39,825 bases of DNA from an uncultured bacterium. GTDB lineage: Bacteria; Myxococcota_A; Polyangia; Polyangiales; Houyiibacteriaceae. The DNA lies in the NCBI GenBank assembly GCA_937984275.1, contig CALJYC010000074.1:1-39825 (forward strand), read 5' to 3'. Shown here piece by piece: positions 17,362 through 26,430 of this stretch. The position numbers and the translations under genes were made by a program. How positions within the stretch are numbered: position 1 is the first letter of the stretch; every line of letters starts with the position of its first letter. A model generated the notes under the pieces. That model had not been told where the DNA came from. It saw only the letters and a list, made by a program, of their open reading frames with translations, and made no database searches.

Positions 17362-19965
17362 ATGAACGACGAAGGGCAGCGTCCCGAAAGCCTCGGGGAG
17401 GAGTCGGAGGCTCGGTACGAGCGTGAGCGCGACGAACAAACGCGCCTTCGTTCGCTCGGTGCTCTGTCGCACATGCTGCCGGTCCTGGCGTTCGTCTACG
17501 CTGCTGCAGCCGTGCTCTTTCTGGTCTCGCCGCCCTTCACCCCCAACACGCCGCACGTGTTCATCTGCGCGATGTCCTCTGCGCTCGTGCTCGTGGTGTG
17601 GGCGGGCATGCGTGTCGACGACCCCCGTTTTGACACCCCGATCTCGACGGCGACCATCTCCATCGCTGCCGGAATGGGGCTCACCATGTTTGCTGTCAGC
17701 GGCGCGATCAGCAACACGACGACGCTTGCGATCGCGATTGTGGCCGCGGGCGCCCTGCTCTACCGTTTCTCGATGTTCGCCGTGATGGTTGTCGTGGTGT
17801 TCGTCGGCTGGCTTCAACTCGCGCACGGCGAGGCGAGGGGCCCATACAGCCTCGGGATGTTCCACCTTTGGGCGGCAACCGTCGTGGGTGCCCTGGTTCT
17901 TTGGTCGCGCCGGCAACTCATGTTCCGACTCCACGAGGAAGCCCAGGAGGCCGATGCGATGCGCCGCCTCGCCACCGAGCAAGCGCTGACGCTGGGACGC
18001 GCGCGAGACGCCGCATTGGCTTCCGCACAGGCGAAGGGGCAGTTCCTGGCGAACGTGAGTCACGAAGTCCGCACGCCCCTCAACGGGATTCTCGGTCTAC
18101 TACAATTGATAGACCCGTCTGCGCTACCGAAGCCGCAAGACGACTACTTGCGCGGGGTCCACAAGTCGGGCCGCTCCCTCCTCGCGATCGTCAACGATTT
18201 GCTGGATCTCTCGAAGATCGAGGCCGGCGAGATGCGTCTCGAATCCGTCGCCTTCGACGTCATCTCGATGACCGATGAGATCGCGCTCAACTATGCATCG
18301 GCCGCGCACGCCAAGGGCCTCGAGCTCATCACCAACATCGGTCCCGACGTGCCGTCCGAGGTGTGCGGGGACCCGCTCCGCCTCCGGCAAGTGATCTCCA
18401 ACCTGGTCAACAACGCCCTGAAGTTCACCAAGGAAGGCGAGGTCATCCTCGGAGTTCGGGTGCGCAATCGAGGCCCATGGCACGTCGACCTCGAAATCCG
18501 CGTCTCCGACACTGGCCTTGGCGTGTCCGAGGACCGCGCGGAGAGCATCTTCCGAGCGTTCTCACAAGCGGACGCGTCCACGACCCGCGAGTACGGCGGT
18601 ACTGGCCTCGGGCTCCCGATCTGCCGGCAGTTCGTCGAGCTCATGGGAGGCGATCTCAAGCTGAAGAGCACCGTCGGAAAGGGCAGCACGTTCTACTTCG
18701 AAGCGCGCTTCGAGCTCGAAGAGAAGCTCAGCGAGGAGCTCCAGGCCGTCACCGAAGCGCTTGCGGGGATGAAGGTTCTAGTGCTCGAGAGTAATAATCG
18801 CGCGCGCGAGACGCTCTGTGCGCAGCTTCAGTCGTGGAACATGGAGGCGTGGGCCACGACCACCTTCGACGGCGCGCTCCGGACGTTTCGATCATCGCCA
18901 CGTCCAAACGTGGTAATGATCGACCTGCGCAGTCTCGGCAAAGACTGGCGAATCCGGGCTTTTGAGCTCAATGACGCCGCTGCGAAATGCGGCGGCTCGG
19001 TCGTTGCAATCTGCTCTCACCGGTACGAGATCAGCGAGTTGGCCGAGGCAGGAATCCGGGTACACGTAGAAAAGCCTATTCGGAGAGCAAAGATCATTGC
19101 GGCCCTCCTCGAAACGCTCAACCGAGATAGCTCTCAGCACCGCCTTCACGAGACGGTCCACCGCCCCTCCCTACCCGCGCCTCCGCCGCGGGAGCTGCAG
19201 TCCAACGGCATGAAGATCCTCGTCGCTGAAGACAACGCGATCAATCTGAAGGTCGTTCACGCGCACCTTCAGGCGCTCGGGTACGAGGTCGACGCCGTGA
19301 ACGACGGTGTCGCCGCACTCGATGCTCTGAAGGAAGGACATCGCTACGCCGCAGTCATCATGGATGGACAGATGCCGAGCATGGACGGCTATGAGACCAC
19401 CCGAGAGCAGAGAGCGCGCGAGTCCGAGTCCGGTCAAAGACGGGTTCCAATCATCGCACTCACTGCGCACGCGATGACCGGGGATCGCAGGACCGCGTTT
19501 GCTGCCGGGATGGACGACTACCTCTCGAAGCCCTTCACCCAGAAGCAGTTGCAGAAGGCGCTCATCCGCTGGGCAGCACGACCGTCCGCCAGCGCCTCGG
19601 AGTTCCCGCCCGATTCGCTCGACACCACGATCACGTCGCAGCTCTTGGAACTCGAAGAAGAAGAACCCGGGTTCATCTGCGATGTGATCGACAGCTTCTT
19701 CCGCACCGCCGAGGAGAGCATCGCCCGAATGAAGACAGCCATCGACGCGGGTGACGTCCAGACGCTGCGGGCGGCTGCCCACATGGTTCGGGGCAGCAGT
19801 CAGCAGCTAGGGGCTCGCCGATTCGGAGCGACTTGCGGCAAGCTGGAGAACATCGCGGCGACAGAGGGTGCCCGCGCGATCGTCGACGACTTGGAACGGG
19901 ACCTCGAGGGGGCACGCGAAGCACTGACAGGCCTCGCCGACCGCGCACTCGATGCGGCGTCCTAG
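17362..19965 (+). CDS. Hybrid sensor histidine kinase: multi-TM sensor, HisKA, HATPase, degenerate REC, REC and HPt
   Basis: - H-box SHEVRTPLNG; G-box GGTGLGLPICRQFV.
- Receiver-like MKVLVLESNN... lacks the acidic pair.
- Canonical REC: KILVAEDNAINLKV...IMDGQMPSMDG...SKPF.
- HPt: AAHMVRGSSQQLG.
- The tracked start 17356 is a TTG; ATG 17362 is preferred. Confidence 0.9.
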   Translation: MNDEGQRPESLGEESEARYERERDEQTRLRSLGALSHMLPVLAFVYAAAAVLFLVSPPFTPNTPHVFICAMSSALVLVVWAGMRVDDPRFDTPISTATISIAAGMGLTMFAVSGAISNTTTLAIAIVAAGALLYRFSMFAVMVVVVFVGWLQLAHGEARGPYSLGMFHLWAATVVGALVLWSRRQLMFRLHEEAQEADAMRRLATEQALTLGRARDAALASAQAKGQFLANVSHEVRTPLNGILGLLQLIDPSALPKPQDDYLRGVHKSGRSLLAIVNDLLDLSKIEAGEMRLESVAFDVISMTDEIALNYASAAHAKGLELITNIGPDVPSEVCGDPLRLRQVISNLVNNALKFTKEGEVILGVRVRNRGPWHVDLEIRVSDTGLGVSEDRAESIFRAFSQADASTTREYGGTGLGLPICRQFVELMGGDLKLKSTVGKGSTFYFEARFELEEKLSEELQAVTEALAGMKVLVLESNNRARETLCAQLQSWNMEAWATTTFDGALRTFRSSPRPNVVMIDLRSLGKDWRIRAFELNDAAAKCGGSVVAICSHRYEISELAEAGIRVHVEKPIRRAKIIAALLETLNRDSSQHRLHETVHRPSLPAPPPRELQSNGMKILVAEDNAINLKVVHAHLQALGYEVDAVNDGVAALDALKEGHRYAAVIMDGQMPSMDGYETTREQRARESESGQRRVPIIALTAHAMTGDRRTAFAAGMDDYLSKPFTQKQLQKALIRWAARPSASASEFPPDSLDTTITSQLLELEEEEPGFICDVIDSFFRTAEESIARMKTAIDAGDVQTLRAAAHMVRGSSQQLGARRFGATCGKLENIAATEGARAIVDDLERDLEGAREALTGLADRALDAAS

Positions 19966-19971
19966 CGAACG

Positions 19972-20778
19972 TCAGTTGCCCGCGATGCCGGCAAGTCGTG
20001 AGGCATCGACAATCCAGCTATCGCGAATCGTCTGCTCCGGAACACCGTGGGCGTGCTCGACGAGCCACTCGACGTCCGATGGGTCGAAGCGCGCAATCTG
20101 ATGGAAGTGGTAGATGCCCAGCCGATTCAGCGTGCGTTCGACGATCGGGTCCACGCCCTCGAGTCGCTGAAGGTCGTCGCGTGGTCCGAAAGGTTGCACC
20201 ATGACCCACGCTGGAGGCCGCGATTCGCCGCTCGTCTTCACCTCGAGCTCGCTCTCGCGAATTCGATCTTTGAGACGGTCGATGTCGTCGAGCATGCGCT
20301 CGTGAATCCCGTGAAGCACCTCGAGCTCGGCCCGCAAGCGCTCACCCCGCGTCTCGGCCTGCCGCAGTGCGGCTCTCGACTCGTCACGCTCCTCAACTGC
20401 GATACGGAGCTCACGCCGTAGATCTTCGGCGGACTCGCGTGAAGTCGGCCGCGCCTCGAGGTCGATCGCCGACAGTCGTGTGTTCGCCTCTTGCATGGTT
20501 CGGTTCCGGGCGTCCAACGTCGCGGTGAGTTGACGCTTCGCGCGTTGAAGCGCGTCGAGCTTCTCGCTCGAAACGCTGAGCTCTTTGTGGAGCCCCTCGA
20601 TCCGCTCGTTCTGAGTGATGATGTCGGCTCGCGCCTCTTCGAGCTCGTACTGAAGTGTTTTCGCGCGCACGGGCGCAACCAGGCGCCCCCACAGAAATTG
20701 CCCCAGCCACAACAACACGCCACCAAACGCAGCCGCTATCAGCAAAGCGCCGATCATCTGCAGCACCAGATACGTCAC
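19972..20778 (-). CDS. Membrane-anchored coiled-coil protein with a C-terminal helix-hairpin-helix-like module
   Basis: GTG start behind a GGAGG RBS. N-terminal TM segment IGALLIAAAFGGVLLWLGQFLW, then ~150 aa of coiled coil. The C-terminus DDLQRLEGVDPIVERTLNRLGIYHFHQIARF matches the DDLxxIxGIGPxxExxLNxxGIxxFxQIA pattern. Confidence 0.7.
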   Translation of the reverse strand: MTYLVLQMIGALLIAAAFGGVLLWLGQFLWGRLVAPVRAKTLQYELEEARADIITQNERIEGLHKELSVSSEKLDALQRAKRQLTATLDARNRTMQEANTRLSAIDLEARPTSRESAEDLRRELRIAVEERDESRAALRQAETRGERLRAELEVLHGIHERMLDDIDRLKDRIRESELEVKTSGESRPPAWVMVQPFGPRDDLQRLEGVDPIVERTLNRLGIYHFHQIARFDPSDVEWLVEHAHGVPEQTIRDSWIVDASRLAGIAGN

Positions 20779-21092
20779 GTCTCACCTCCCCCAAGGCCTT
20801 CTTCGCCGGCAACGAGCATGTTCGCGCGCACGACGCGGACCCCCCGGACCATGCTCACGATTCGCTCCGCGCGCTGCGCCTCGGAGACGGACGGCACCTC
20901 GCCACGAAGCTCGACGTCTCGCCCGTCAACGAGGGGAACGACCCCTGAAAAGCCAGTACGTTCGAGAACGGCGGTGACACGCGTGGCGACGTCCCACTCG
21001 ACTTCGTGACGAGCAGGGCTGAGCCAGGAAACCCAAACGACATAGCCAAGGAAGCTTGCCGAGACGGTTCCAAAGACTGCCTTTTTCCACAT
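20775..21092 (-). CDS. Membrane-anchored BON-domain protein
   Basis: Internal ATG 21092 (MWKKAVFGTVSASFLGYVVWVSWL, a TM segment). BON-like VPLVDGRDVELRGEVPSVSEAQRAERIVSMVRGVRVVRANMLV. Its TGA stop overlaps the GTG of the downstream gene (GTGA). Confidence 0.7.
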   Translation of the reverse strand: MWKKAVFGTVSASFLGYVVWVSWLSPARHEVEWDVATRVTAVLERTGFSGVVPLVDGRDVELRGEVPSVSEAQRAERIVSMVRGVRVVRANMLVAGEEGLGGGET

Positions 21093-21232
21093 TGAGCGGT
21101 TTGCCAACGAGCCACATTGAACTCGATTTGCCAAAAAAGATCTACGTTTTGACGCTGCTTCGGGGAACGGACCGGCGAGGCAGCGCACAAATTGCAGGGG
21201 TGCGTCGCCCGATCGGGTGCTCTACGTCCGGC

Positions 21233-21784
21233 TCAAGACCCGAAGTCGTGACGCTCGACGATCTGGAAAAGCCGCTCTTGGCGATTGTCCGCCCACGTGT
21301 AGAGGGCAACCGCGGGCGCGGCGAACGTGACGGCGCGTAGATCGATCGTGTGCGCCCATCGAAGCGCTTGCCGGCGTTCGGCTGCGTTCGCCCGGCGCTG
21401 GATGCGCGCCAACGTCATGTGCGGCAGCGGCGGACGAGTGTCCTCGGGGGCTCCAGCCGCACGCAGCAGGGTCTCTCTTGCTTCGGTGATCATCTCGGTG
21501 AGCGGCTCCCGCCCGAGGTCGACCATGGCGCAGAGCGCCGAAGGCTTGCGGGGATGGCCGAGAGGCTCGATGCCGCTGAACGACCCCGTCACCCTCCGAA
21601 ACGAAGGGTAGCCTCCGATCCGGTCCCAGGCGCGGCGCGCGTCCGACTCTTCGACGGAGCCCAGAAATCCCAATGTGACGTGAAGGTCCGAGGTGCGGAA
21701 CACACGCACACGCTCCGGCGGGGCCGGATGCAGCCGCAACCCATCCACTTGCATTGGGAACGCGATGAACCAATTAGGGGCCAC
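21233..21784 (-). CDS. 2H-phosphoesterase family protein (LigT/ThpR-like RNA 2',3'-cyclic phosphodiesterase / 2'-5' RNA ligase)
   Basis: Two H-x-T-x motifs (HVTLGFLG and HMTLARI) at family-typical spacing. GTG start. Confidence 0.8.
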   Translation of the reverse strand: MAPNWFIAFPMQVDGLRLHPAPPERVRVFRTSDLHVTLGFLGSVEESDARRAWDRIGGYPSFRRVTGSFSGIEPLGHPRKPSALCAMVDLGREPLTEMITEARETLLRAAGAPEDTRPPLPHMTLARIQRRANAAERRQALRWAHTIDLRAVTFAAPAVALYTWADNRQERLFQIVERHDFGS

Positions 21785-21825
21785 CCAGCGAGTCTAGGCC
21801 GAACCCTGACTCGCCGCGAGAGCCC

Positions 21826-22620
21826 ATGCCCATTACCGAAGCGTTCAGCGAATCCCTCCAGGCGTACCCGATCTACACGTGGACCGTGCTCGGCGTCGTC
21901 GTTCTGGGAATCGTCAGCTTCGTCCTCTTGATGTTCATCTCCGCGCCCTACGGCCGCCATCTGCGCCCGGGTTGGGGCCCGACCCTCAACGCCACCGCTC
22001 TGTGGGTCATCATGGAGGCCCCATCTCCAATCACGTTCGCGGTCGTCTACTTCACATCAGACAATGCGTTCAAGCCCGTCCCGCTGATCCTTCTCGGCAT
22101 GTACATGTTTCACTACGTGTACCGGTCGTTCATCTACCCGTTCCGGATGCGCGGCGGGCACAAGCAAAAGCCGATCGTCACCGGTCTGCTGGCGTTCTCC
22201 TTCAACACCGCCAACGGCTGGACCAACGCGTTCGCGATCACGAGGCTCTCGCCTCACTTGCTGAGCACAGACTGGCTGTCCGACCCGCGGTTCATCGTCG
22301 GAATCATCGTCTTCGCGGCTGGTTACGCCATCAACCAGCAATCCGACGCCATCCTTCTGAGCCTCCGAAAGCCTGGGGAAAGCGGCTACAAGATCCCCCA
22401 AGGCGGATTCTACCGGTGGCTCTCGAGCCCCAACTACTTCGGTGAAATCGTCGAATGGGTCGGATTTGCGCTCGCCGCATGGACCGTTCCTGCCTGGGTG
22501 TTCGCCTGGTTCACGGCCACGAACCTCGTTCCACGTGCGTTTTCCAATCATCGGTGGTACCGGGAGCACTTCCGCGACTACCCAGAAGACCGGCGCGCGA
22601 TCATCCCGTTTCTCCTCTAG
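21826..22620 (+). CDS. 3-oxo-5-alpha-steroid 4-dehydrogenase (steroid 5-alpha-reductase, SRD5A) family membrane reductase
   Basis: Multi-TM, 264 aa. Contains SAPYGRH, NQQSDAILLSLRKPGESGYKIPQGGFYRWLSSPNYFGEIVEWVGFAL and a C-terminal HRWY context typical of the family. Confidence 0.85.
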   Translation: MPITEAFSESLQAYPIYTWTVLGVVVLGIVSFVLLMFISAPYGRHLRPGWGPTLNATALWVIMEAPSPITFAVVYFTSDNAFKPVPLILLGMYMFHYVYRSFIYPFRMRGGHKQKPIVTGLLAFSFNTANGWTNAFAITRLSPHLLSTDWLSDPRFIVGIIVFAAGYAINQQSDAILLSLRKPGESGYKIPQGGFYRWLSSPNYFGEIVEWVGFALAAWTVPAWVFAWFTATNLVPRAFSNHRWYREHFRDYPEDRRAIIPFLL

Positions 22621-22698
22621 TCCGTAGACTTGCGCACCCGCCCCGATTGACGCGACAATGTGCGGCCAGGGGCGCACGTCGTCGGGGAGGGATGCACG

Positions 22699-25134
22699 GT
22701 GGCCGACAAAGATTCGAGCTCGCGTAAAGAACCGTCCGACCTGTTTCAGGTCGAGAACGCCACACCATCGATTGCACCGGTCGACAGGATCGTGCTGCCG
22801 CCAGAAGAAGCGCTCAAGCGGCGCATCCGGCGCTTCATCGCGGCGGGCATCGCAGCGCTGATCTTCTTCTTCATCGTGCACCTGGTCCTCGGATGGATCC
22901 ATTCTGCACGTTTGGCCTCGGCCCTCGATGAGGTAATCAACGACGGCAGCCCAGACACCATCGACCATGCACTGAACCTTCTTCGCGATGATCCAAACGA
23001 CTCCGTTCGGGCGCGCCTACTCGCGACGGCTGCGCTTGGGGGAGATCACCAGAAGCTGTTGGACGCCGAGGCACTTCTCTCGGAGTCCGCGCAGCAGAAC
23101 GACCCTGACCAGCGCATCGCCAGAGTCTACGCCTTCCTCGCAGAAGGAGACGCACGTGCGGCGCATGCCGAGGCCGAGAGGCCGGCAAAGTATTCAGATC
23201 AAACCGATGCGTTCCTCCATGGCCGAGCCCTAACCGCCGTTGCGCGAGGCCAGTGGACCCAAGCCCTTCCCGACGCGCAGCAAGCAGTCGAGGCACGGCC
23301 CAACGCACCGGAGCCCGCAGCCCTGCTCGCCCGCATCACAGCAGAGACCGAAAGCCCGGAAGCCGCGCTCGCCGTGCTCGACCAGGTGAGTCGACAAACC
23401 GCTGCGACGAAGATCGCCCGCGCCCGAATCGTCGGCCTTCAGCAAGGCAAGGCGGACGACGCGCTCGCGCTTGCGGGTGAAGTACGTGACGACGACAACG
23501 CATCGGTCGTGCACAGGGCATGGGCCGATTTGATCTCGGGTGTGCTCGCGTACCGACGCGGTGCCATCGGCGCCGCATACCAACACGCGCAAGCAGCAGC
23601 GAGGCCCGAGCTTCGTGTGGACGAGCCATTGCTCATCGGGACCGCGCAACTCTTTCTCGCGCTCGGACGGACGGGTGAAGCGAGGCGACTGCTCAAGCGA
23701 TTGTCGGGCGGACCATCGGCAGATTTGTTCGAGCGCGCCCACGTGATCGCGTGGTGGTACGCTCACACGGGCGACATGCGAGCGGGGCTAGCCACCTTGA
23801 GCGGGGCTGGTTTCGGCCCGGAAAAATCGGCAGATCCCGCGTTTCGCGCACTGGTGATCGCGGAATTGCTCCGGAGCTCCACGCGGGCGGGTGAGCGCGA
23901 TCGAGCGATCTCGCTCTACAAAGACGCGGCGAGTGACCCGCACTGGGGCGTCGCTGCTTCGGAGGCGCTCGCCGAAGCGTTTCTCGAAGGGGGGCGCACC
24001 GAGGACGCAATTGCCGTGCTTCAGGCAGGGCTCAGCGCGGCACCGAATCATCTTTCACTCGTGGATCTCGCAGCCCAGGCGTACATCGACGCCGATCGCC
24101 TTTCAGACTCAGAGAAGGTGACGTCTGCTGCACTCGTTGCGTTCGAAACCGAGGGGTGGGCGCATGGCAGTCATGCGCGCGTGCTGTTGGCACAGGGTGA
24201 GCCGGCGAAGGCGCTGGGCGAGCTCGACCGTGCTGTCGAGTTGAGTCCGGGCGACGCTAGCTTGTATGCACTCCGAGGCGATGCGGCACGCGAGGTTGGG
24301 TCGAGCGAACAAGCGAAGGCCAGCTACGAGAAGGCGCTGCAACTCGATCCGGGTCAGCCGCGCGCCCTGTCCGGATTCGTGGCGTTGCTGATCGACACAG
24401 GCGACTTCTCCCGCGCGGCCGAGGTGATTGCTCAGATGGACAAGGCAAAGGTCCGGGACCTGCGGGCGGATGAGCAGCGTGTGCGCTTCCTCGTGCGTAC
24501 GGGGGCGGGGCAAAGCGGCGTCACGACGATGCGGAATGCGGTCGGGCGGCACAAGAGCAACGTGGCGCTCCGGCTCGCGGGCGCGCGAGTCTACCTCCAG
24601 GCGGAAGATTACACACGGGCAGGGATCTACTTCCAACAGGCCAAACGCAATGGGGCGGACGCGCGGCTCGCCGAAACGGCCCTCGCGCTGGCGCAGATCT
24701 ATGGCCGCAGAAAGCTGGGGGCGGAGAACTCGCTCGAACGCGCAGCCGAAGCCGTGGACGCGGAAGGCAACCCGTTGAAAGCCGGGCCGCAGGTCCAGGT
24801 ATGGGAACTGATGGTCAAGGCACGGTTCGCGCTGGCGGATGAGAAGCGAGGCTTGGCCGTGCGCTACGGGAAGCAGGCTGCAGAGCTCATGCCGGACGAT
24901 GTCGACGTGCACCTCCTGAATGCCGATATCGAAGAAGACCGCGAACGCTCGCCAGAGGAGCCGCTACGACAGGCCGCCAACGCGCGCGTCCCAATGCCGG
25001 TCGCAGCTGGCCGCCTCGCCACCCTGCTCGGTCCAACCGAGGAAGGCTGCGACATGGCGGCGCGCTACTTGAAGGCGAACCGCACCGGCAGACTCGCGAA
25101 TCGCGTCCGCGATGTGAGCCGCCAGTGCAAGTGA
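22699..25134 (+). CDS. Membrane-anchored TPR-repeat protein
   Basis: GTG 22699 is preceded by GGGGAGGGA (GTG 22660 is an alternative). One TM segment (FIAAGIAALIFFFIVHLVLGWI), then many TPR-like repeats (e.g. LDRAVELSPGDASLYALRGDAAREVGSSEQAKASYEKALQLDPG). Confidence 0.8.
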   Translation: MADKDSSSRKEPSDLFQVENATPSIAPVDRIVLPPEEALKRRIRRFIAAGIAALIFFFIVHLVLGWIHSARLASALDEVINDGSPDTIDHALNLLRDDPNDSVRARLLATAALGGDHQKLLDAEALLSESAQQNDPDQRIARVYAFLAEGDARAAHAEAERPAKYSDQTDAFLHGRALTAVARGQWTQALPDAQQAVEARPNAPEPAALLARITAETESPEAALAVLDQVSRQTAATKIARARIVGLQQGKADDALALAGEVRDDDNASVVHRAWADLISGVLAYRRGAIGAAYQHAQAAARPELRVDEPLLIGTAQLFLALGRTGEARRLLKRLSGGPSADLFERAHVIAWWYAHTGDMRAGLATLSGAGFGPEKSADPAFRALVIAELLRSSTRAGERDRAISLYKDAASDPHWGVAASEALAEAFLEGGRTEDAIAVLQAGLSAAPNHLSLVDLAAQAYIDADRLSDSEKVTSAALVAFETEGWAHGSHARVLLAQGEPAKALGELDRAVELSPGDASLYALRGDAAREVGSSEQAKASYEKALQLDPGQPRALSGFVALLIDTGDFSRAAEVIAQMDKAKVRDLRADEQRVRFLVRTGAGQSGVTTMRNAVGRHKSNVALRLAGARVYLQAEDYTRAGIYFQQAKRNGADARLAETALALAQIYGRRKLGAENSLERAAEAVDAEGNPLKAGPQVQVWELMVKARFALADEKRGLAVRYGKQAAELMPDDVDVHLLNADIEEDRERSPEEPLRQAANARVPMPVAAGRLATLLGPTEEGCDMAARYLKANRTGRLANRVRDVSRQCK

Positions 25135-25144
25135 TCGCTGTGTG

Positions 25145-26278
25145 TTAGTCCGAGTCGGAGAGCAGGCCCGAGACCCGCTCGACCGCGTCGATGTACTCGC
25201 TGACCATCTCCTCGATGACCTGGCGAGCAGGCTTGCGCGTGTTCATCTGGCCAACGACCTGACCGACCGGCGTACCGAGCAGCGCATCTGAGCCCTCGGC
25301 ACCGGTCTGCGCGAACCGCGTGATGCGCTGCGTAGCCTCGGCCGTGGCCATGAACTGAAGCGGCATCGGAAGGTAGCCCGGACACTCCGGATCTTCGTCC
25401 CAGGCGCGTGTGTAGGCTGTCTTGAGCTGACGGGCAGGCTTTCCGCTAATGCAGCGCGAGCGAACCGTTTCGGTCGAATCCGCTTCGAGGAGCTTATCGA
25501 CGAGCGACGGAATCGAATCGGATTCCTCGGTCGCTAGCCAGATCGAGCCGGTCCAGACGCCTGCGGCGCCCATGGCCATCGCGGCCGCCATCTGACGGCC
25601 GGAGCCGATTCCGCCTGCGCCGAGCACCGGTGTTGGCGCGACGGCGTCGACGACCTGCGGCAAGAGAACCATTGAGCCGATCTCGCCGGTGTGACCGCCC
25701 GCCTCGTAGCCCGACGCGATGACGATATCGACGCCCGCAGTTTTCTGCTTGATCGCCTGCCTCACCGTGCCGCAAAGGGCCGCGACCATTACGCCCTTAT
25801 CGTGCGCTTGACTGATGATGTCTTCAGGGGGTGGACCGAGGGCGTTCGCGATGAGCGCGATCGGGTGATTCATCGCAACCTCGAAGTGCGCGCGGCCGCC
25901 AGATGCCGACCAGCCGAGCAGACCTTCGATTTCTTCGACATCATCGGGGAGCGGGGGTACGCCATTACGATTGAGCAGGTCGTTGATCCACTTGCGGTGA
26001 GCAGGCGTGATCATCTGGTCGAGCTGTTCTTTGGTGATGTCGCCCTGGTCCTTGCCGATGTACTTCGCGGGGATGACCGTGTCGACGCCGTACGGCTTGC
26101 CGTCGACGTGCTCGTCAATCCACTTCAGCTCGAGCTCGAGCTGCTCGGGGCTGTACGCCACCGCGCCCAACACACCGAGCCCACCAGCCCGGCTGACTGC
26201 AGCAACGACGTCGCGGCAGTGGCTAAACGCAAAGATGGGAAACTCGATCCCCAACCGCTCACAAATCTCAGTCTTCAT
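25145..26278 (-). CDS. Nitronate monooxygenase (2-nitropropane dioxygenase / FabK-like) family FMN enzyme
   Basis: N-terminal LGIEFPIFAFSH...AGGLGVLG, plus GYEAGGHTG and GAGGIGSGRQMAAAMAMGAAGVWTGS. Confidence 0.85.
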   Translation of the reverse strand: MKTEICERLGIEFPIFAFSHCRDVVAAVSRAGGLGVLGAVAYSPEQLELELKWIDEHVDGKPYGVDTVIPAKYIGKDQGDITKEQLDQMITPAHRKWINDLLNRNGVPPLPDDVEEIEGLLGWSASGGRAHFEVAMNHPIALIANALGPPPEDIISQAHDKGVMVAALCGTVRQAIKQKTAGVDIVIASGYEAGGHTGEIGSMVLLPQVVDAVAPTPVLGAGGIGSGRQMAAAMAMGAAGVWTGSIWLATEESDSIPSLVDKLLEADSTETVRSRCISGKPARQLKTAYTRAWDEDPECPGYLPMPLQFMATAEATQRITRFAQTGAEGSDALLGTPVGQVVGQMNTRKPARQVIEEMVSEYIDAVERVSGLLSDSD

Positions 26279-26292
26279 GCAAACACCCGAAA

Positions 26293-26341
26293 AATTAACC
26301 CTTTGAAAAAGGGGTCTGACCCCTTTTTCGAGGGCTTAGAA
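26293..26341. repeat. Palindromic element, copy 2 (core identical to copy 1, outer right arm degenerate)
   Basis: AATTAACCCTTTGAAAAAGGGGTCTGACCCCTTTTTCGAGGGCTTAGAA. Positions 1-12 and 15-35 are identical to copy 1. Positions 13-14 and 36-37 are changed compensatorily (CT/AG to GA/TC). Confidence 0.75.
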
Positions 26342-26393
26342 GGAGGGGTAGAACGTGTTCTAGTTTGCTTGAAGACGACTCGGGGGTCAACGC

Positions 26394-26425
26394 AAAAAAG
26401 GCGACCGTCAGCGCCTGGCTTTTTT
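26394..26425 (-). terminator. Rho-independent (bidirectional-type) terminator downstream of the esterase gene
   Basis: A6 tract, stem AGGCG/CGCCT with an 8-nt loop, then GGC + T6. On the minus strand it reads AGGCG-CTGACGGT-CGCCT-TTTTTT, starting ~6 nt after the stop at 26431. Confidence 0.6.
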
Positions 26426-26430
26426 GGGAC

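Noticed and set aside
21093-21232. Possible sigma-54 (-24/-12) promoter upstream of the BON operon (TGGCAA...; TGGCTCGTTGGCA)
   Set aside because: Neither candidate has the GG-N10-GC spacing with a TTGC -12 element, so the resemblance is superficial.
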